From Thermoplasmata archaeon (lineage in GTDB: Archaea > Thermoplasmatota > Thermoplasmata > GCA-020350865): a stretch of DNA of 64,000 bases. Of the stretch, positions 1 through 9,976 are shown in pieces. The position numbers and the translations under genes are program-made. The notes under the pieces are model-generated. The model was given only the letters and a program-made list of their open reading frames with translations, was not told where the DNA came from and searched no databases. The stretch's first letter is position 1, and every line of letters starts with the position of its first letter. Where the stretch lies: the NCBI GenBank assembly GCA_020348445.1, contig CP070751.1, positions 3,463,551 through 3,527,550 on the forward strand, read 5' to 3'.

Positions 1-2436
1 TGGAGGAGGTGGAGGGGGAGGTGGTGGAGGCAATTTCTTTTCTGTTTTTGGTGGGGGTGGAGGGGGAGGTGATTTCGATTCTTTCTCCGAGGGCAAAGGA
101 GTTGGTGGAGGTGATTGAGCTTCAGACTCTGATGGTAGAGGAGTTGGTTGAGATGATGGCTTTGGCTTTGTAAATTTCGGTTTAGCCCTTTCTCTCTCTT
201 GAGAAGTATAGGGTCTTTCCTCCGAAGGCTCTGGGCTTACCTTTATGAGCTCCCCAAAAGGAACACCTTCCCATTCTGGAATTGGGGCCACCTTCGGTCT
301 ACTTGCCATCCTCCTCTTAACTAACACAGCAATGATGCAAATGATAACTGCAGCTATTAAAGCCGGCAATATCAGGCTCCAGTTCACATCTGGAAATTCT
401 TCTTTTTCCCACTTACTTGAGTCCAAAGGAAACGCATCCTCATCATCAGGGTGCCCGTCATTATCATCGTCGGTATCTGCATTGTTGCCCACACCATCTT
501 TGTCTGTATCCAGCCATTCTGTGGAATTCAAGGGAAAGTCATCCTCGTCATCCAAGTATTCGTCATTGTCGTCATCTGCATCCAATGAATCAGGGATGAG
601 ATCCCCATCGGTGTCTGTTGGTATGGAGCCGGAGTTAAGCGGATCAGAACCTTCGGATTCTTCTATTGTATCGCTATAGCCGTCATTGTCATCGTCCAGG
701 TCCGTGTTGTCTCCGATTCCATCGGAATCTGTATCCAGCCATTCTGTTTCGTTTAAAGGGAAATCATCGTTTACGTCCAGGTACCCATCATTATCGTCAT
801 CGCTGTCTTCAAGATCCGGAGTGCCATCATCATCTGTATCAATTAATAAATCAGTAGCATCCAGACTTTGGTCAAAGTATGCTTCAGAATAAGTCCCTGT
901 GTTTATATTAAGATCAATATAGATAAATGTCCAGGCACTTATTTCAAAATCTGTTTTATTATCGATAAATGAGAGCGGGATAATAATTCGTAATGTGGAT
1001 GTCCCAAAACCAAATGCGTCAACGTCCTGTATTTCTCCTGTAGCTTCATTTTCAATATCTGTTATACCCAGGCCACTGTGTACAATGTAGTCACTGTCCT
1101 CAGCGTCTTTTGGATCGTCTGTTTCATCCATATAAAGTCTCAGTGCATAAACGATATAATCGGAATCTTCTACATGGTCTTGTACAATCCCCACCACACT
1201 CATTTCATAAAGGAGATAATCACCAACCTTCCATATGGAAATATTGGTCATGTCAATATTTGGATATCCACCGACCTGCACTTCAGTTTCGTTCATGACA
1301 TCTTGGGTGCCATCCTCCATAGAAAAAAGAGTTTTCTCTGCTACATAAACTGTCATGGAATCCTGAGAATGATGGCCTTGCTTGGTTGTTACACTTAAAG
1401 TCACAGTGAAAATTCCTCCATTTGGGTAAGTATGTTTGGGGGCATCTCCCTGCGCATCTTCTTGTATCCCATCAGAATCATTAAAGTCCCACGATTTATT
1501 CACGATTGTTCCATAATCAATGGTTTCATCATATAAACCAAAATCGATTTCTTGATTTATTGAGATGAAAATGGTGCCATTTAGATCTGCCCTTTCCATA
1601 ATTAAAGGATATCGGTCTTCTGCCCCTCCTGATATGCCATAGGGAGTATCGCCAATACCGTCTTTATTTTCATCTTCTCCCGTATAATCTTCCCAGTAAT
1701 TACCCTTTGAACCGTTATCCCATTGATTTGAGCCTTCATCATATGCATTTAAGGTATTGTCACTTTGGATATTATTGTGAAAAATAGTGTTGTTGTTTGA
1801 TGAATCCTCTAGATAGATGCCATAATAATTATCAGAGACATTGTTTGCTAAGATGCTGTTATTTAATGCTCTCCAAAGATGAATTCCAGATCCTTTGCTT
1901 GATGTTATATTATTATTAATGATGTTGTTGAATGTGCATCTAAATACCGAGGTCCCTATCACTGAGTAACCATCAAAAAAGATTCCATCATTATTATTTG
2001 ATGAGATGTCGTTGTTTTTTATGATGTTGTCTGAGGATACATAAAAATAGATACCATGCTTGTTATTTGAAATGATCGAGTTCTCTACAGTTCCATTCTT
2101 AACACGGTGAAGGTAAATTCCATATTCTGATGATCCACCGTCATGCACATAACAATTTCTTATTATGAAATAAACATCGGTATCCCTGATTTCTATTCCA
2201 TTTGCACCTGAGGACGTAATATCGTAATCCTCTATAATATAGGGATCTCCCTGGCTTCCATCCCCAGTCCAACCTTCATTTGCAGCCTGTGCAGCAAAAT
2301 CACTATCTCCATTGATGAGTATGGGATCATGGAGAGTGTAGCCACTCACCACTTCCAAATCATATGAAATGGATCCGAGAAATCCAAAGAACGCCATCAA
2401 TGCTATAATGCATATCGATGACAACTTGCTCTTCAT
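1..2436 (-). CDS. Cell-surface protein (3' end runs off window): signal peptide, NosD/CASH parallel beta-helix, PKD-like domain, shared ~160-aa domain, TSP3-like Ca-binding repeats, one TM helix, Pro-rich tail
   Basis: Absent from the ORF track because there is no stop in the window. My translation from ATG at 2436 (MKSKLSSICIIALMAFFG...) stays open to base 1. Motifs: GNYWEDYTGEDENKDGIGDTPY, SWDFNDSDG...HTYPNGGIFTVTL, DTDDDGTPD/DDDNDG repeats, hydrophobic ILPALIAAVIICIIAVLV-KRR, then PPPPPPP runs. Confidence 0.9.
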   Translation of the reverse strand, partial: MKSKLSSICIIALMAFFGFLGSISYDLEVVSGYTLHDPILINGDSDFAAQAANEGWTGDGSQGDPYIIEDYDITSSGANGIEIRDTDVYFIIRNCYVHDGGSSEYGIYLHRVKNGTVENSIISNNKHGIYFYVSSDNIIKNNDISSNNNDGIFFDGYSVIGTSVFRCTFNNIINNNITSSKGSGIHLWRALNNSILANNVSDNYYGIYLEDSSNNNTIFHNNIQSDNTLNAYDEGSNQWDNGSKGNYWEDYTGEDENKDGIGDTPYGISGGAEDRYPLIMERADLNGTIFISINQEIDFGLYDETIDYGTIVNKSWDFNDSDGIQEDAQGDAPKHTYPNGGIFTVTLSVTTKQGHHSQDSMTVYVAEKTLFSMEDGTQDVMNETEVQVGGYPNIDMTNISIWKVGDYLLYEMSVVGIVQDHVEDSDYIVYALRLYMDETDDPKDAEDSDYIVHSGLGITDIENEATGEIQDVDAFGFGTSTLRIIIPLSFIDNKTDFEISAWTFIYIDLNINTGTYSEAYFDQSLDATDLLIDTDDDGTPDLEDSDDDNDGYLDVNDDFPLNETEWLDTDSDGIGDNTDLDDDNDGYSDTIEESEGSDPLNSGSIPTDTDGDLIPDSLDADDDNDEYLDDEDDFPLNSTEWLDTDKDGVGNNADTDDDNDGHPDDEDAFPLDSSKWEKEEFPDVNWSLILPALIAAVIICIIAVLVKRRMASRPKVAPIPEWEGVPFGELIKVSPEPSEERPYTSQERERAKPKFTKPKPSSQPTPLPSESEAQSPPPTPLPSEKESKSPPPPPPPKTEKKLPPPPPPPPPP

Positions 2437-2567
2437 TTTGCCCCATCCTTTTAAATCCTTATGGGATTTCTTCCTATCAATCTTTCGCTATTTAGGGATT
2501 TAACAATCACTTTCGATTGTGTCTTTAGCTTTGTAATCCTTTTTTGTGGGTCTTAATTAAAACGTCC

Positions 2568-5500
2568 TTATTGCGGTCCTATCGTGGTCAGCTCACCACA
2601 CATGGGACACCTGGCCACCATTGGCTGCTCAGGAATCGGTGCCGAAAAGGGATTCTGGCAATGTGGACATTTGTAGCTGAAAGCCACTGGTTGATAGGGA
2701 GGAACCTGCTCCGCTTCTCCAATTTCTGCTAAACCAACCTCCCCTTCAGGGGGCGCCTCCCCCTCCGTAACTATCCCTCCAAAAGCAACCTCACCTTCTG
2801 GGGCCAGGCCTTCTTCTGCGGCCTTACCTCTTTTCCTTTGTATCAATAATAAAACAACGATAACAACGATTACAACTGCCACGACAACCAATATAATCCA
2901 GATCATACCATCTGAGGGTTCCTCGTCTGCCTTTTTCCATTTGCTTGAATCCAAGGGAAATGCATCCTCAGTATCTGGATGCCCGTCATCGTCGTCGTCT
3001 GTATCTGCATTGTTGCCGATACCATCTCCATCTGTGTCGAGCCATTCAGAAGCATCCAAGGGAAAGGCGTCTTCATCATCCAAGTAGCCATCATCGTCGT
3101 CGTCGGTATCTGCATTGTTGCCTTCTCCGTCGGAGTCGGTGTCAAGCCACTCAGTAGAATCTAAAGGAAACGCATCATCTACATCTGAATATCCATCACC
3201 ATCATCATCAGCGTCTGCGTTGTTACCAATTTCATCGGAATCAGTGTCTATCCATTCTGTGTTATCCAAGGGAAATGCATCGTTATCATCCAAATGTCCA
3301 TCATTATCGTCGTCAACATCTTCCACATCCGGAGTGCCATCGTTATCTGTGTCTAATAGCAAATCAATGGCATCCAGGCTCGTATCAATGAAAGCTTCTT
3401 CATATGTTCCAGATATTAGATCGAAGTTAACATATATAATTGAGTTAGCATCTATCTTAAAGTCAGTTCTATCGTTTATGAATGAAAGAGGGATAAGGAT
3501 TTTTAAGGTTGAATTACCAAAGCCAAAGGCTTCAAGGGATTGTGATTCTTGAGAGGTCGTATTTTCAATGCTCACCATGCCTAAAATACAATTAATTGTG
3601 AAGTCAGCATCATCATTATTTTCAGGATCATCGGTTTCGTCCATAAAGAGATATAAGCCATAGTAGTAAATATCGGATTCCACAATCTGGTCCTGGATAG
3701 CCCCTACTACTTCCACTTCATATAGGAGGTAATCTCCAACTTTCCATATCGAGATGTTGGTCATATCGATATTTGGATATCCGCCAACCTGCACCTCATT
3801 CTCGTCCATGACGTCCCCGATCTCATCGATCAGTAAGATCAATGACTCGTTGATGATGTATACCTCAAACCAAATGATAGCATCATTTCCAAAGGTATCG
3901 TTTGCCTTGATATGTACCATAATCCGGCCATCGGACCACGAAGAGGTGTTGATAATGTACGGAGGTGCTAGTGTAGAATATTCTCCCCCATCTATCGAGT
4001 ACATTACAGCGTCCGTATCAGGATCCGTGATATCGAGTTGGATTAATTTCCCGATAGAAATAATGGAATGGTTAAGATCGGGATCAATTGTGATGGTTGG
4101 AGGTGTGGAATCAATTGTGAAGAAGAACCAGGAAGAATTTGAATTGTTTGTTATGTCTATAGCATTGATCAATACTGTGTAATCTCCAGACTCCCAGCCT
4201 GATGTTGGGATTTCAAAAGGATCTGAGAATGGAATGTCTACGCCTTGGTTTACAGAATAATTAGCTTGGAACAGATTTGGATCAACTACTGAAAAGTCCA
4301 GGAGTGTTCCTCCTCCAATGAGTGTGTTGTTCTCGGGTGAATTCAGAACGATTGCAGGTGGTGTCGAATCCACTGTAAAGACAAACCATAAAGAAACAGA
4401 GTTGCCCACCATGTCCAGCGCGTTAATTTGAACTATGTAATCATCATCTGTCCATCCAGTTGTAGTGATATTAAATGGATCGGAAAGTGAGATGTTGGCT
4501 CCCCCGTTAACAGAATAGTTGACTTGTAGTAGGTTTTCATCGACAATTAAAAAGTCTAAAACTGTTCCCTCATTTATAATAGCGTTGTCTTCGGGAGACA
4601 CCAAGATGATATCAGGTGGTATATCATCAATTGTAATATTATACCAGGAAGAATTTAAATTCCCTGCCAAATCCGTTGTATTGATTAGGATAATATAATT
4701 CCCATCTGACCAGCCTGAGGTGGAAATATTGAATGGATCCAAAAGGGGAGTTTCGACCCCTCCATTTACAGAATAGTTAACATGCAAAAGATTTGAATCT
4801 ATGATAGAAAAGTTAAGAACTGTTCCTTCATCTATTATTGAGTTGTTTCCTGGGGACCCAAAGATAATAATGGGTGGTGTGGAATCAATTGTAAAGTAAT
4901 ACCAAGAGGAATTTGAGTTTCCAGCCATATCCACTGCATTTATTTGGACAGTATAATCTCCGTCCGCCAAATCAAATATCGAGATGTTAAAGGGATCTAA
5001 TAAAGAAATGTTGACTCCTCCGTTTATGGAATAATTGACATGCACTAAATGTGGGTCGGAAATTGTGAAGTTTAGAATCGTGCTGTTATGTATGACTGAA
5101 TTATTTTCCGGTGTATTTAGAATGATAATTGGTTTGCTAGAATCGACTGTGAAGTTAAACCAGGAGGAATTTGAGTTTCCTGCCTTATCCAAGGCATTGA
5201 TTTGGACTGTGTAATTTCCATCTGCCCATCCTGCTGTAGAAATATCAAAGGGATCTGAGAGGGAAATGATAGAACCCCCATTTATAGAATAGTTTGTATT
5301 ATTAAAATTGGATTCATCAATAGAAAAGTCGAGGATAGTTCCATTTGGAATAACTGAGTTGTTTTCAGGACTGTTTAATAGAACCTGAGGTTTTGTGGAA
5401 TCTATAGTGAATGAAAACACTGAGGAATTAATATTGCCCGCTTCATCAATTGTATTTATTTGAATATTATAAACATCATCTGACCACCCTGTGGTGGGAA

Positions 5501-8500
5501 TATCATAAGGATCTGTAAGTGGGTTGTTTACTCCTCCGTTTACAGAGTAATTGACATGTGATAGATGCAAGTCTATTATAGAGAAGTCAAGAACCGTTCC
5601 CTCTGTAATCACTGCGTTATTCTCAGGAGTATTCAATATGATTTGAGGCAATGTTGTATCAACTGTAAAGAAATACCAGGATGAATTTGAGTTTCCTACC
5701 AAATCCACGGTATTGATTTGGATTGTATAATCTCCATCAAGCCAGCCAGAAGTGGATATATCAAAGGGATCTGAAAGAGGGATGTTAGGTTCTCCGTTTA
5801 TGGAATAGTTGGCTTGCATTAAATGAGGATCGGTAATTGAAAGGTCTATAATTGCCCCACTGAGTATAATTGAGTTATTTTCTGGTGAATTAAGCTGGAT
5901 TATGGGTTTTGTTGAATCAATGGTAAATAAAAAAGACAAGGAGTATCGATTTCCTGCTGCATCATCGGCAATTATTGTAATTATGTAACTTCCATCAGCC
6001 CAACCAGTAGTGGGAATATCATAAGGTGATGTAAGCGTTTGCTCTGATCCAAAATTAATAGTATATTTGGTTTGTGAGAGGTGAGGGTCGTCAATAGAGA
6101 AGTTCAATGATGTGCCACTGGGGATGATAGATTCATTCGCCGGAGAGTTCAAAATGATCGTAGGTGGTACCGAATCTATCGTAAAGTTATACCAGGAGAA
6201 AGCTGTGTTCCCAGCCGTATCTTGGGCATTAATTTGAACTTTGTAGACTCCATCTGTCCAACCGCTGGTGGTTATGTCATATGGATCAGAGAGAGGGGTA
6301 TCGACTCCTGCATTTACAGAATAATTGACGTGATCTAGATTTGAATCAGAAACCGAGAAGTCCAATAGAGTATCTGCAGGGATAATGGAGTTGTTAACAG
6401 GGGAATTGAGCTGGATTGTGGGTTTTGTGGAATCTATAGTAAAGAAGAACAAGGATGAATTTAGGTTTCCTACTATATCTTCTGCATTGATTAGTATAGT
6501 GTATCCTCCGTCTGCCCATCCCGATGTCGATATATCATATGGATCAGTGAATAAAACATCAGGTTCACCATTTCTGGAGTAGGTGACCTGACTTAAATTG
6601 GGATCTATAATAGAGAAGTCCAATATTGTGCCACTGGGAATGACTGAATTGTTAAACGGGCTGTTTAAAATAATTGTAGGTTTGGTTGAATCTATTATAA
6701 AGGAGTACCAGGAAGAGTTTGAGTTTCCTGCCTGATCTTGCGCATTAATTTGAACTGTGTAGTCTCCATCAGACCAAACGCCGGTGGAAATGTCATATGG
6801 ATCTGAGAGTGGAGTATCAACTCCTGCATTTACTGAATAATTGACGTGATCTAGGTTTGGATCAAAAACCGAAAAGTCCAAGATAGTACCAGCAGGGATA
6901 ATAGAGTTATTAACAGGGGAATTAAGCTGAATTATTGGTTTTGTGGAATCGATTGTAAAGTTGAACCATGAAATGGTTGAATTCCCTGCAATATCTAATG
7001 CATTGATCTGAACAGTATAGTCTTCATCTGCCCATCCCGATGTCGATATATCGAAAGGATCAGAGAGTGAAATATTCAATTCTCCATTTACGGAATAATT
7101 GACGTGATCTAGGTTGGGTTCAATTATAGAGAAATCTAAAATAGTACCAGCTGGGATGATTGAGTTATTTGCTGGGGCGTTTAAGATGATTATTGGAGAA
7201 GCAGAATCTAATGTAAAGAAGTACCAGGAAGAGTTTGAGTTTCCTGCCTCATCTTGCGCATTAATTTGAACTGTATAGCCTCCATCAGCCCATCCAACTG
7301 TTGATATATTATATGGAGCCGGGAGTGTGACATTCGAGCCGCCATTAACTGAATAATTGACGTGATCTAGGTTTATATCAATCACAGAAAAGTTCAAAAA
7401 TGTTCCACCAGGGATTAGGGAATTATTTGCAGGTGAATTAAGAGATATGAAGGGTTTAATTGAATCGATTGTAAAGAAGAAAATCCGAAGGATAGAATGA
7501 TTGCTAAGATCTGTGGCATTTATCGTTACGTTATGTAATCCCTCAATCCAACCTGAGGTTGAAATATCAAATGGTTCTGGGAAAGTCTGTTCTATTCCGC
7601 CATCTATGGAATAATTTACAATATCGAGATCCTCATCATAAACGAGGAAATCAAGGATTACACCTGGTTGGATTACAGAATTGTTTAAAGGATAAATCAA
7701 TTGAATTCTGGGACCTATTCCTTCAATTGGTCCCATTAATGGATAGTAATCATATGATTTTCCTGTTACATTGTCGATATCTACATACCAATCATCCACT
7801 ATCCCATCGCTGCCTTCTATATCCTGATTATGGCCTGTATAGTTATCATATGCTCCTTCAATGGGCTCGTCAAAATCGCTCCAATAGTTACCACCGATAG
7901 GATATGTCATGTTCCAAGTGTTATTACCATCCTCGTCATAAGCTTGGTACGTGTTGAACCAGAGGATATTATGGTAGATGAGGTTGTCACCAGATGTCAA
8001 GTAAATTCCATAATTGAAATTCATGGAGATGTTGTTCTTTGTGATGTTGTTGTCATGGGATAAGGTTTGTATATATATCCCATCGTTGTTGGAAAATATC
8101 CTGTTTGAAGTTATATTGTTGTTATCGCATAAAGATAAACGGATTCCCCACATACTGCCGGAAACGGTGTTGTTCTCGATGTTGTTCCCTGAAGAAGAAT
8201 AAAGGAATATACCTCGCCAGTAAAAATTATGACTGAATATGCTGTTGTTAGATATATCGTTTTTATCTGATTCGGAAAGCCATATACCATAATTGGTGAC
8301 ATTAGAAATTTCACAGTTTTGAATTTCATTTCCTGTGGATTGCTCGATGTAAATTCCGTTCGTGGCGTTGGTGATATTGCAGAATTTAATAGTGGCAAGG
8401 CCTGTTGAGTTTATTTGGATTCCGGTCCAAGTGAACGAGTCATTTGAATTTGTGAACTTAATCATGTTAGGTGGATTCCCCACGGCCTTGAGGGTTCCGT

Positions 8501-8759
8501 TGCCTATGTAAAGTCCATAACTACCGTTGAAAATAACCTCCACACCTGCCTCAATGGTCAGGGTTGCGTTGTTCTCCACATATACATCGCCCTGAATGTA
8601 ATATGGACTGTTTCCTATATCCCATATGTCATTGGATGTTATCTGGCCCCCAGGAATCTCTATTCCCGAGACTGTATTATTTGGTACTATGAGAAGCCCA
8701 CTCAAACACCCAATTACCAATATCCAAATGGTTAAAACCGACGAAATAGCCTTTTTCAT
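2568..8759 (-). CDS. 2063-aa cell-surface protein: signal peptide, beta-helix (NosD-like), 15 Ig-like repeats, shared domain, TSP3-like repeats, TM helix, C-terminal Zn ribbon
   Basis: N-terminal hydrophobic leader; GIxL/NNxI beta-helix repeats; DSTxP...DxAGN Ig-like units; DxDxDG repeats; IWIILVVVAVVIVVIVVLLLI-QRKRGK; CPHC...CPMC. Confidence 0.92.
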   Translation of the reverse strand: MKKAISSVLTIWILVIGCLSGLLIVPNNTVSGIEIPGGQITSNDIWDIGNSPYYIQGDVYVENNATLTIEAGVEVIFNGSYGLYIGNGTLKAVGNPPNMIKFTNSNDSFTWTGIQINSTGLATIKFCNITNATNGIYIEQSTGNEIQNCEISNVTNYGIWLSESDKNDISNNSIFSHNFYWRGIFLYSSSGNNIENNTVSGSMWGIRLSLCDNNNITSNRIFSNNDGIYIQTLSHDNNITKNNISMNFNYGIYLTSGDNLIYHNILWFNTYQAYDEDGNNTWNMTYPIGGNYWSDFDEPIEGAYDNYTGHNQDIEGSDGIVDDWYVDIDNVTGKSYDYYPLMGPIEGIGPRIQLIYPLNNSVIQPGVILDFLVYDEDLDIVNYSIDGGIEQTFPEPFDISTSGWIEGLHNVTINATDLSNHSILRIFFFTIDSIKPFISLNSPANNSLIPGGTFLNFSVIDINLDHVNYSVNGGSNVTLPAPYNISTVGWADGGYTVQINAQDEAGNSNSSWYFFTLDSASPIIILNAPANNSIIPAGTILDFSIIEPNLDHVNYSVNGELNISLSDPFDISTSGWADEDYTVQINALDIAGNSTISWFNFTIDSTKPIIQLNSPVNNSIIPAGTILDFSVFDPNLDHVNYSVNAGVDTPLSDPYDISTGVWSDGDYTVQINAQDQAGNSNSSWYSFIIDSTKPTIILNSPFNNSVIPSGTILDFSIIDPNLSQVTYSRNGEPDVLFTDPYDISTSGWADGGYTILINAEDIVGNLNSSLFFFTIDSTKPTIQLNSPVNNSIIPADTLLDFSVSDSNLDHVNYSVNAGVDTPLSDPYDITTSGWTDGVYKVQINAQDTAGNTAFSWYNFTIDSVPPTIILNSPANESIIPSGTSLNFSIDDPHLSQTKYTINFGSEQTLTSPYDIPTTGWADGSYIITIIADDAAGNRYSLSFLFTIDSTKPIIQLNSPENNSIILSGAIIDLSITDPHLMQANYSINGEPNIPLSDPFDISTSGWLDGDYTIQINTVDLVGNSNSSWYFFTVDTTLPQIILNTPENNAVITEGTVLDFSIIDLHLSHVNYSVNGGVNNPLTDPYDIPTTGWSDDVYNIQINTIDEAGNINSSVFSFTIDSTKPQVLLNSPENNSVIPNGTILDFSIDESNFNNTNYSINGGSIISLSDPFDISTAGWADGNYTVQINALDKAGNSNSSWFNFTVDSSKPIIILNTPENNSVIHNSTILNFTISDPHLVHVNYSINGGVNISLLDPFNISIFDLADGDYTVQINAVDMAGNSNSSWYYFTIDSTPPIIIFGSPGNNSIIDEGTVLNFSIIDSNLLHVNYSVNGGVETPLLDPFNISTSGWSDGNYIILINTTDLAGNLNSSWYNITIDDIPPDIILVSPEDNAIINEGTVLDFLIVDENLLQVNYSVNGGANISLSDPFNITTTGWTDDDYIVQINALDMVGNSVSLWFVFTVDSTPPAIVLNSPENNTLIGGGTLLDFSVVDPNLFQANYSVNQGVDIPFSDPFEIPTSGWESGDYTVLINAIDITNNSNSSWFFFTIDSTPPTITIDPDLNHSIISIGKLIQLDITDPDTDAVMYSIDGGEYSTLAPPYIINTSSWSDGRIMVHIKANDTFGNDAIIWFEVYIINESLILLIDEIGDVMDENEVQVGGYPNIDMTNISIWKVGDYLLYEVEVVGAIQDQIVESDIYYYGLYLFMDETDDPENNDDADFTINCILGMVSIENTTSQESQSLEAFGFGNSTLKILIPLSFINDRTDFKIDANSIIYVNFDLISGTYEEAFIDTSLDAIDLLLDTDNDGTPDVEDVDDDNDGHLDDNDAFPLDNTEWIDTDSDEIGNNADADDDGDGYSDVDDAFPLDSTEWLDTDSDGEGNNADTDDDDDGYLDDEDAFPLDASEWLDTDGDGIGNNADTDDDDDGHPDTEDAFPLDSSKWKKADEEPSDGMIWIILVVVAVVIVVIVVLLLIQRKRGKAAEEGLAPEGEVAFGGIVTEGEAPPEGEVGLAEIGEAEQVPPYQPVAFSYKCPHCQNPFSAPIPEQPMVARCPMCGELTTIGPQ
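3855..7721 (-). repeat. 15 tandem 86-aa (258-nt) Ig-like coding repeats
   Basis: Units counted in the translation, consensus DSTxPxIxLNSPxNNSxIxxGTxLDFSIxDPNLxHVNYSVNGGxxxxLxDPFDISTxGWxDGxYTVQINAxDxAGNSNSSWYxFTI; span about 15 x 258 nt. Confidence 0.9.
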
Positions 8760-8864
8760 ACCCCTGACACTCCTTTACGGCCAGAAATGTGGTTTTTCTT
8801 TATCAACGTTTCGCAAACAAATCCAGCTTTCTCTTAAAAAAACAAAGAAAAAGCATTTCGAACG

Positions 8865-9890
8865 TTATATTCCCTCTAAATCATCCTCAGTATTATTTTT
8901 AATCCTTCTCTCATACTGGGCAATGGCCACTCCGCATATAATAAGTGCAGCGAAAACCACGGTGCTTAGGGTAATTATCTCCCCTGGCCAGAAATATGAA
9001 ATCGCGCTAGCAAATACTGGTATGAGATAGATGAACAAAATTATCCTTGAAAGCTCGCTTGTCCTGAGTATCCAGTACCACACGAGAAGGGCAAAGGATC
9101 CGGGAAACAGCGCGAGAATTACGATGATATTCCATGAATAAAGGGAAATGGAAGGTACCTTTTCATGCGGAGACTCTAAAATTGAAAAAACAGCCAGAAT
9201 TACAGTACCAAGAAGCATACTTATTATGGCAACTGTCAAGGGATCATATTTTTCTAGTATCTTCTTGCTCATAATGGAAGAGAAGGCATATGAAATTGCC
9301 GACATCAAGATGAGGATGTTGCCCAAGAAGATCGAATCTCCTAGGCTCAAACCCCCTCCCGTTACAAGTAGCAATGTTCCAGACAAGGCGATCACGGTGC
9401 CTATCACCTTGTTTGCGCCCAAGGGCTCTTTTAGAATTAGAACTGCCATAATTATGGTGAATATTGGACCAGAAGCCTGTATTATGCTGCTCAGATGGGC
9501 AGAAGTCATGGTCATACCGTAGTTCTGAAACAGGTTTGGAAGTGTAATACCCACCAGACCTAGAATTAGGAAAAAGAAGAAGTCCTCTTTTAAAGATTTT
9601 ATTATTCTATTGGAATCTTCTTTGACTATTAAGAATAAAAAGAGGGGTATTATCGCGATCGTGTATCTTAGTACAGCCAAGGTTATTGGTTCAACTTCGT
9701 CCAAGGCGATCTTCAAAAGCGGAAAAGAAAGCCCCCAGCAGAAGACAGCAAAGAACATTCCCATCCATCCAAAATAGTTCAAAGGGCGATTTTTGGGTTT
9801 TTGGGATTCTGCATGTTCGCCAGATGCCTTTTGATTGGGCCCTGAGTCCACCAAATCTTGAATTTCAGAATCCGGGATTGTCTCCGCCAT
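8865..9890 (-). CDS. DMT/EamA family transporter
   Basis: About 10 TM helices, duplicated EamA pattern (WGLSFPLLK...LAVLRY; SAHLSSIIQASGPIFT; LIPVFAS...GEII). Confidence 0.9.
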   Translation of the reverse strand: MAETIPDSEIQDLVDSGPNQKASGEHAESQKPKNRPLNYFGWMGMFFAVFCWGLSFPLLKIALDEVEPITLAVLRYTIAIIPLFLFLIVKEDSNRIIKSLKEDFFFFLILGLVGITLPNLFQNYGMTMTSAHLSSIIQASGPIFTIIMAVLILKEPLGANKVIGTVIALSGTLLLVTGGGLSLGDSIFLGNILILMSAISYAFSSIMSKKILEKYDPLTVAIISMLLGTVILAVFSILESPHEKVPSISLYSWNIIVILALFPGSFALLVWYWILRTSELSRIILFIYLIPVFASAISYFWPGEIITLSTVVFAALIICGVAIAQYERRIKNNTEDDLEGI

Positions 9891-9976
9891 TGGCCCACAT
9901 AACCAACTTTATGGATTTAAAGAATTCGAACTTATTTTCTTGTATTCTTTTCCAATAACGGTGTTATTGGGTGTGA

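Noticed and set aside
245-4182. Ser-rich plus-strand ORFs (e.g. 245-679, 3115-3552) and many similar antisense ORFs across the window
   Set aside because: They are shadows of Asp/Glu/Pro-rich or other genuine genes on the opposite strand or frame, with no independent motifs or SD.
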